DNA of 64,000 nt from Tubiluchus corallicola (lineage: Eukaryota > Animalia > Priapulida): assembly GCA_030141605.1 (NCBI GenBank), contig JAQGDQ010000235.1:1-64000 (forward strand), in the 5' to 3' direction. Numbering within the stretch: the stretch's first letter is position 1; every line of letters starts with the position of its first letter. Below are positions 63,780-64,000 of the stretch, one piece after another. Both the position numbers and the translations under genes were made by a program. The notes below the pieces were generated by a model, which was given only the letters and a program-made list of their open reading frames with translations, did no database searches and had not been told where the DNA came from.

Positions 63780-64000
63780 AATGCACTAACGAAATCCCAA
63801 AAACAAATTTAGCAAATAAACTAGATAAAGAATGCCTGCTCACCCATACAATGTTGAGCGGTATTTGGCGCCGTTGTCTCGTAATTTTTTTCTCAAAGCT
63901 GAAACCGTTGAGGTAATAGCAGCAGAAGATTAATGTAGTTAGTAAAACATAATTTACGGGAGAAACTAACACGCTCAGTTGTAATTTCTCCGTAAGCAAG

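Overview
AT-rich, repeat-dense, intron-containing eukaryotic DNA from an invertebrate animal (a lophotrochozoan is plausible from the perlucin-like lectins, but this is inference). Six genes can be spliced by hand: two tandem C-type lectins (+; the first has only its last exon in the window), SETD6 (-, 11 coding exons, 454 aa), TAO kinase (-, 3 exons, 915 aa), mitochondrial MDH2 (+, 8 exons, 341 aa, head-to-head with TAO), TRMT1L (-, 2 exons, 558 aa) and an intronless TTC27 (-, 880 aa). Introns and intergenic DNA carry many MITEs (hAT, Tc1/mariner-pogo, piggyBac, Kolobok-like), LINE 3' fragments, SINE-like pieces and more than a dozen minisatellites, each with its own unit. Most long ORFs in the track are translations of these repeats. 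The most notable patterns are: (i) tandem arrays built from local functional sequence (a poly(A) signal, a splice donor, a stop codon, a MITE-flank junction, an in-frame coding segment); (ii) a very tight TTC27-TRMT1L co-oriented pair with a splice acceptor before the downstream ATG, compatible with an operon/trans-splicing or with an overlapping promoter; (iii) very long 5' exons with 5'-restricted CpG depletion; (iv) probable GC-AG introns. No prokaryotic system or CRISPR array is present. Repeat boundaries and copy numbers are manual estimates.
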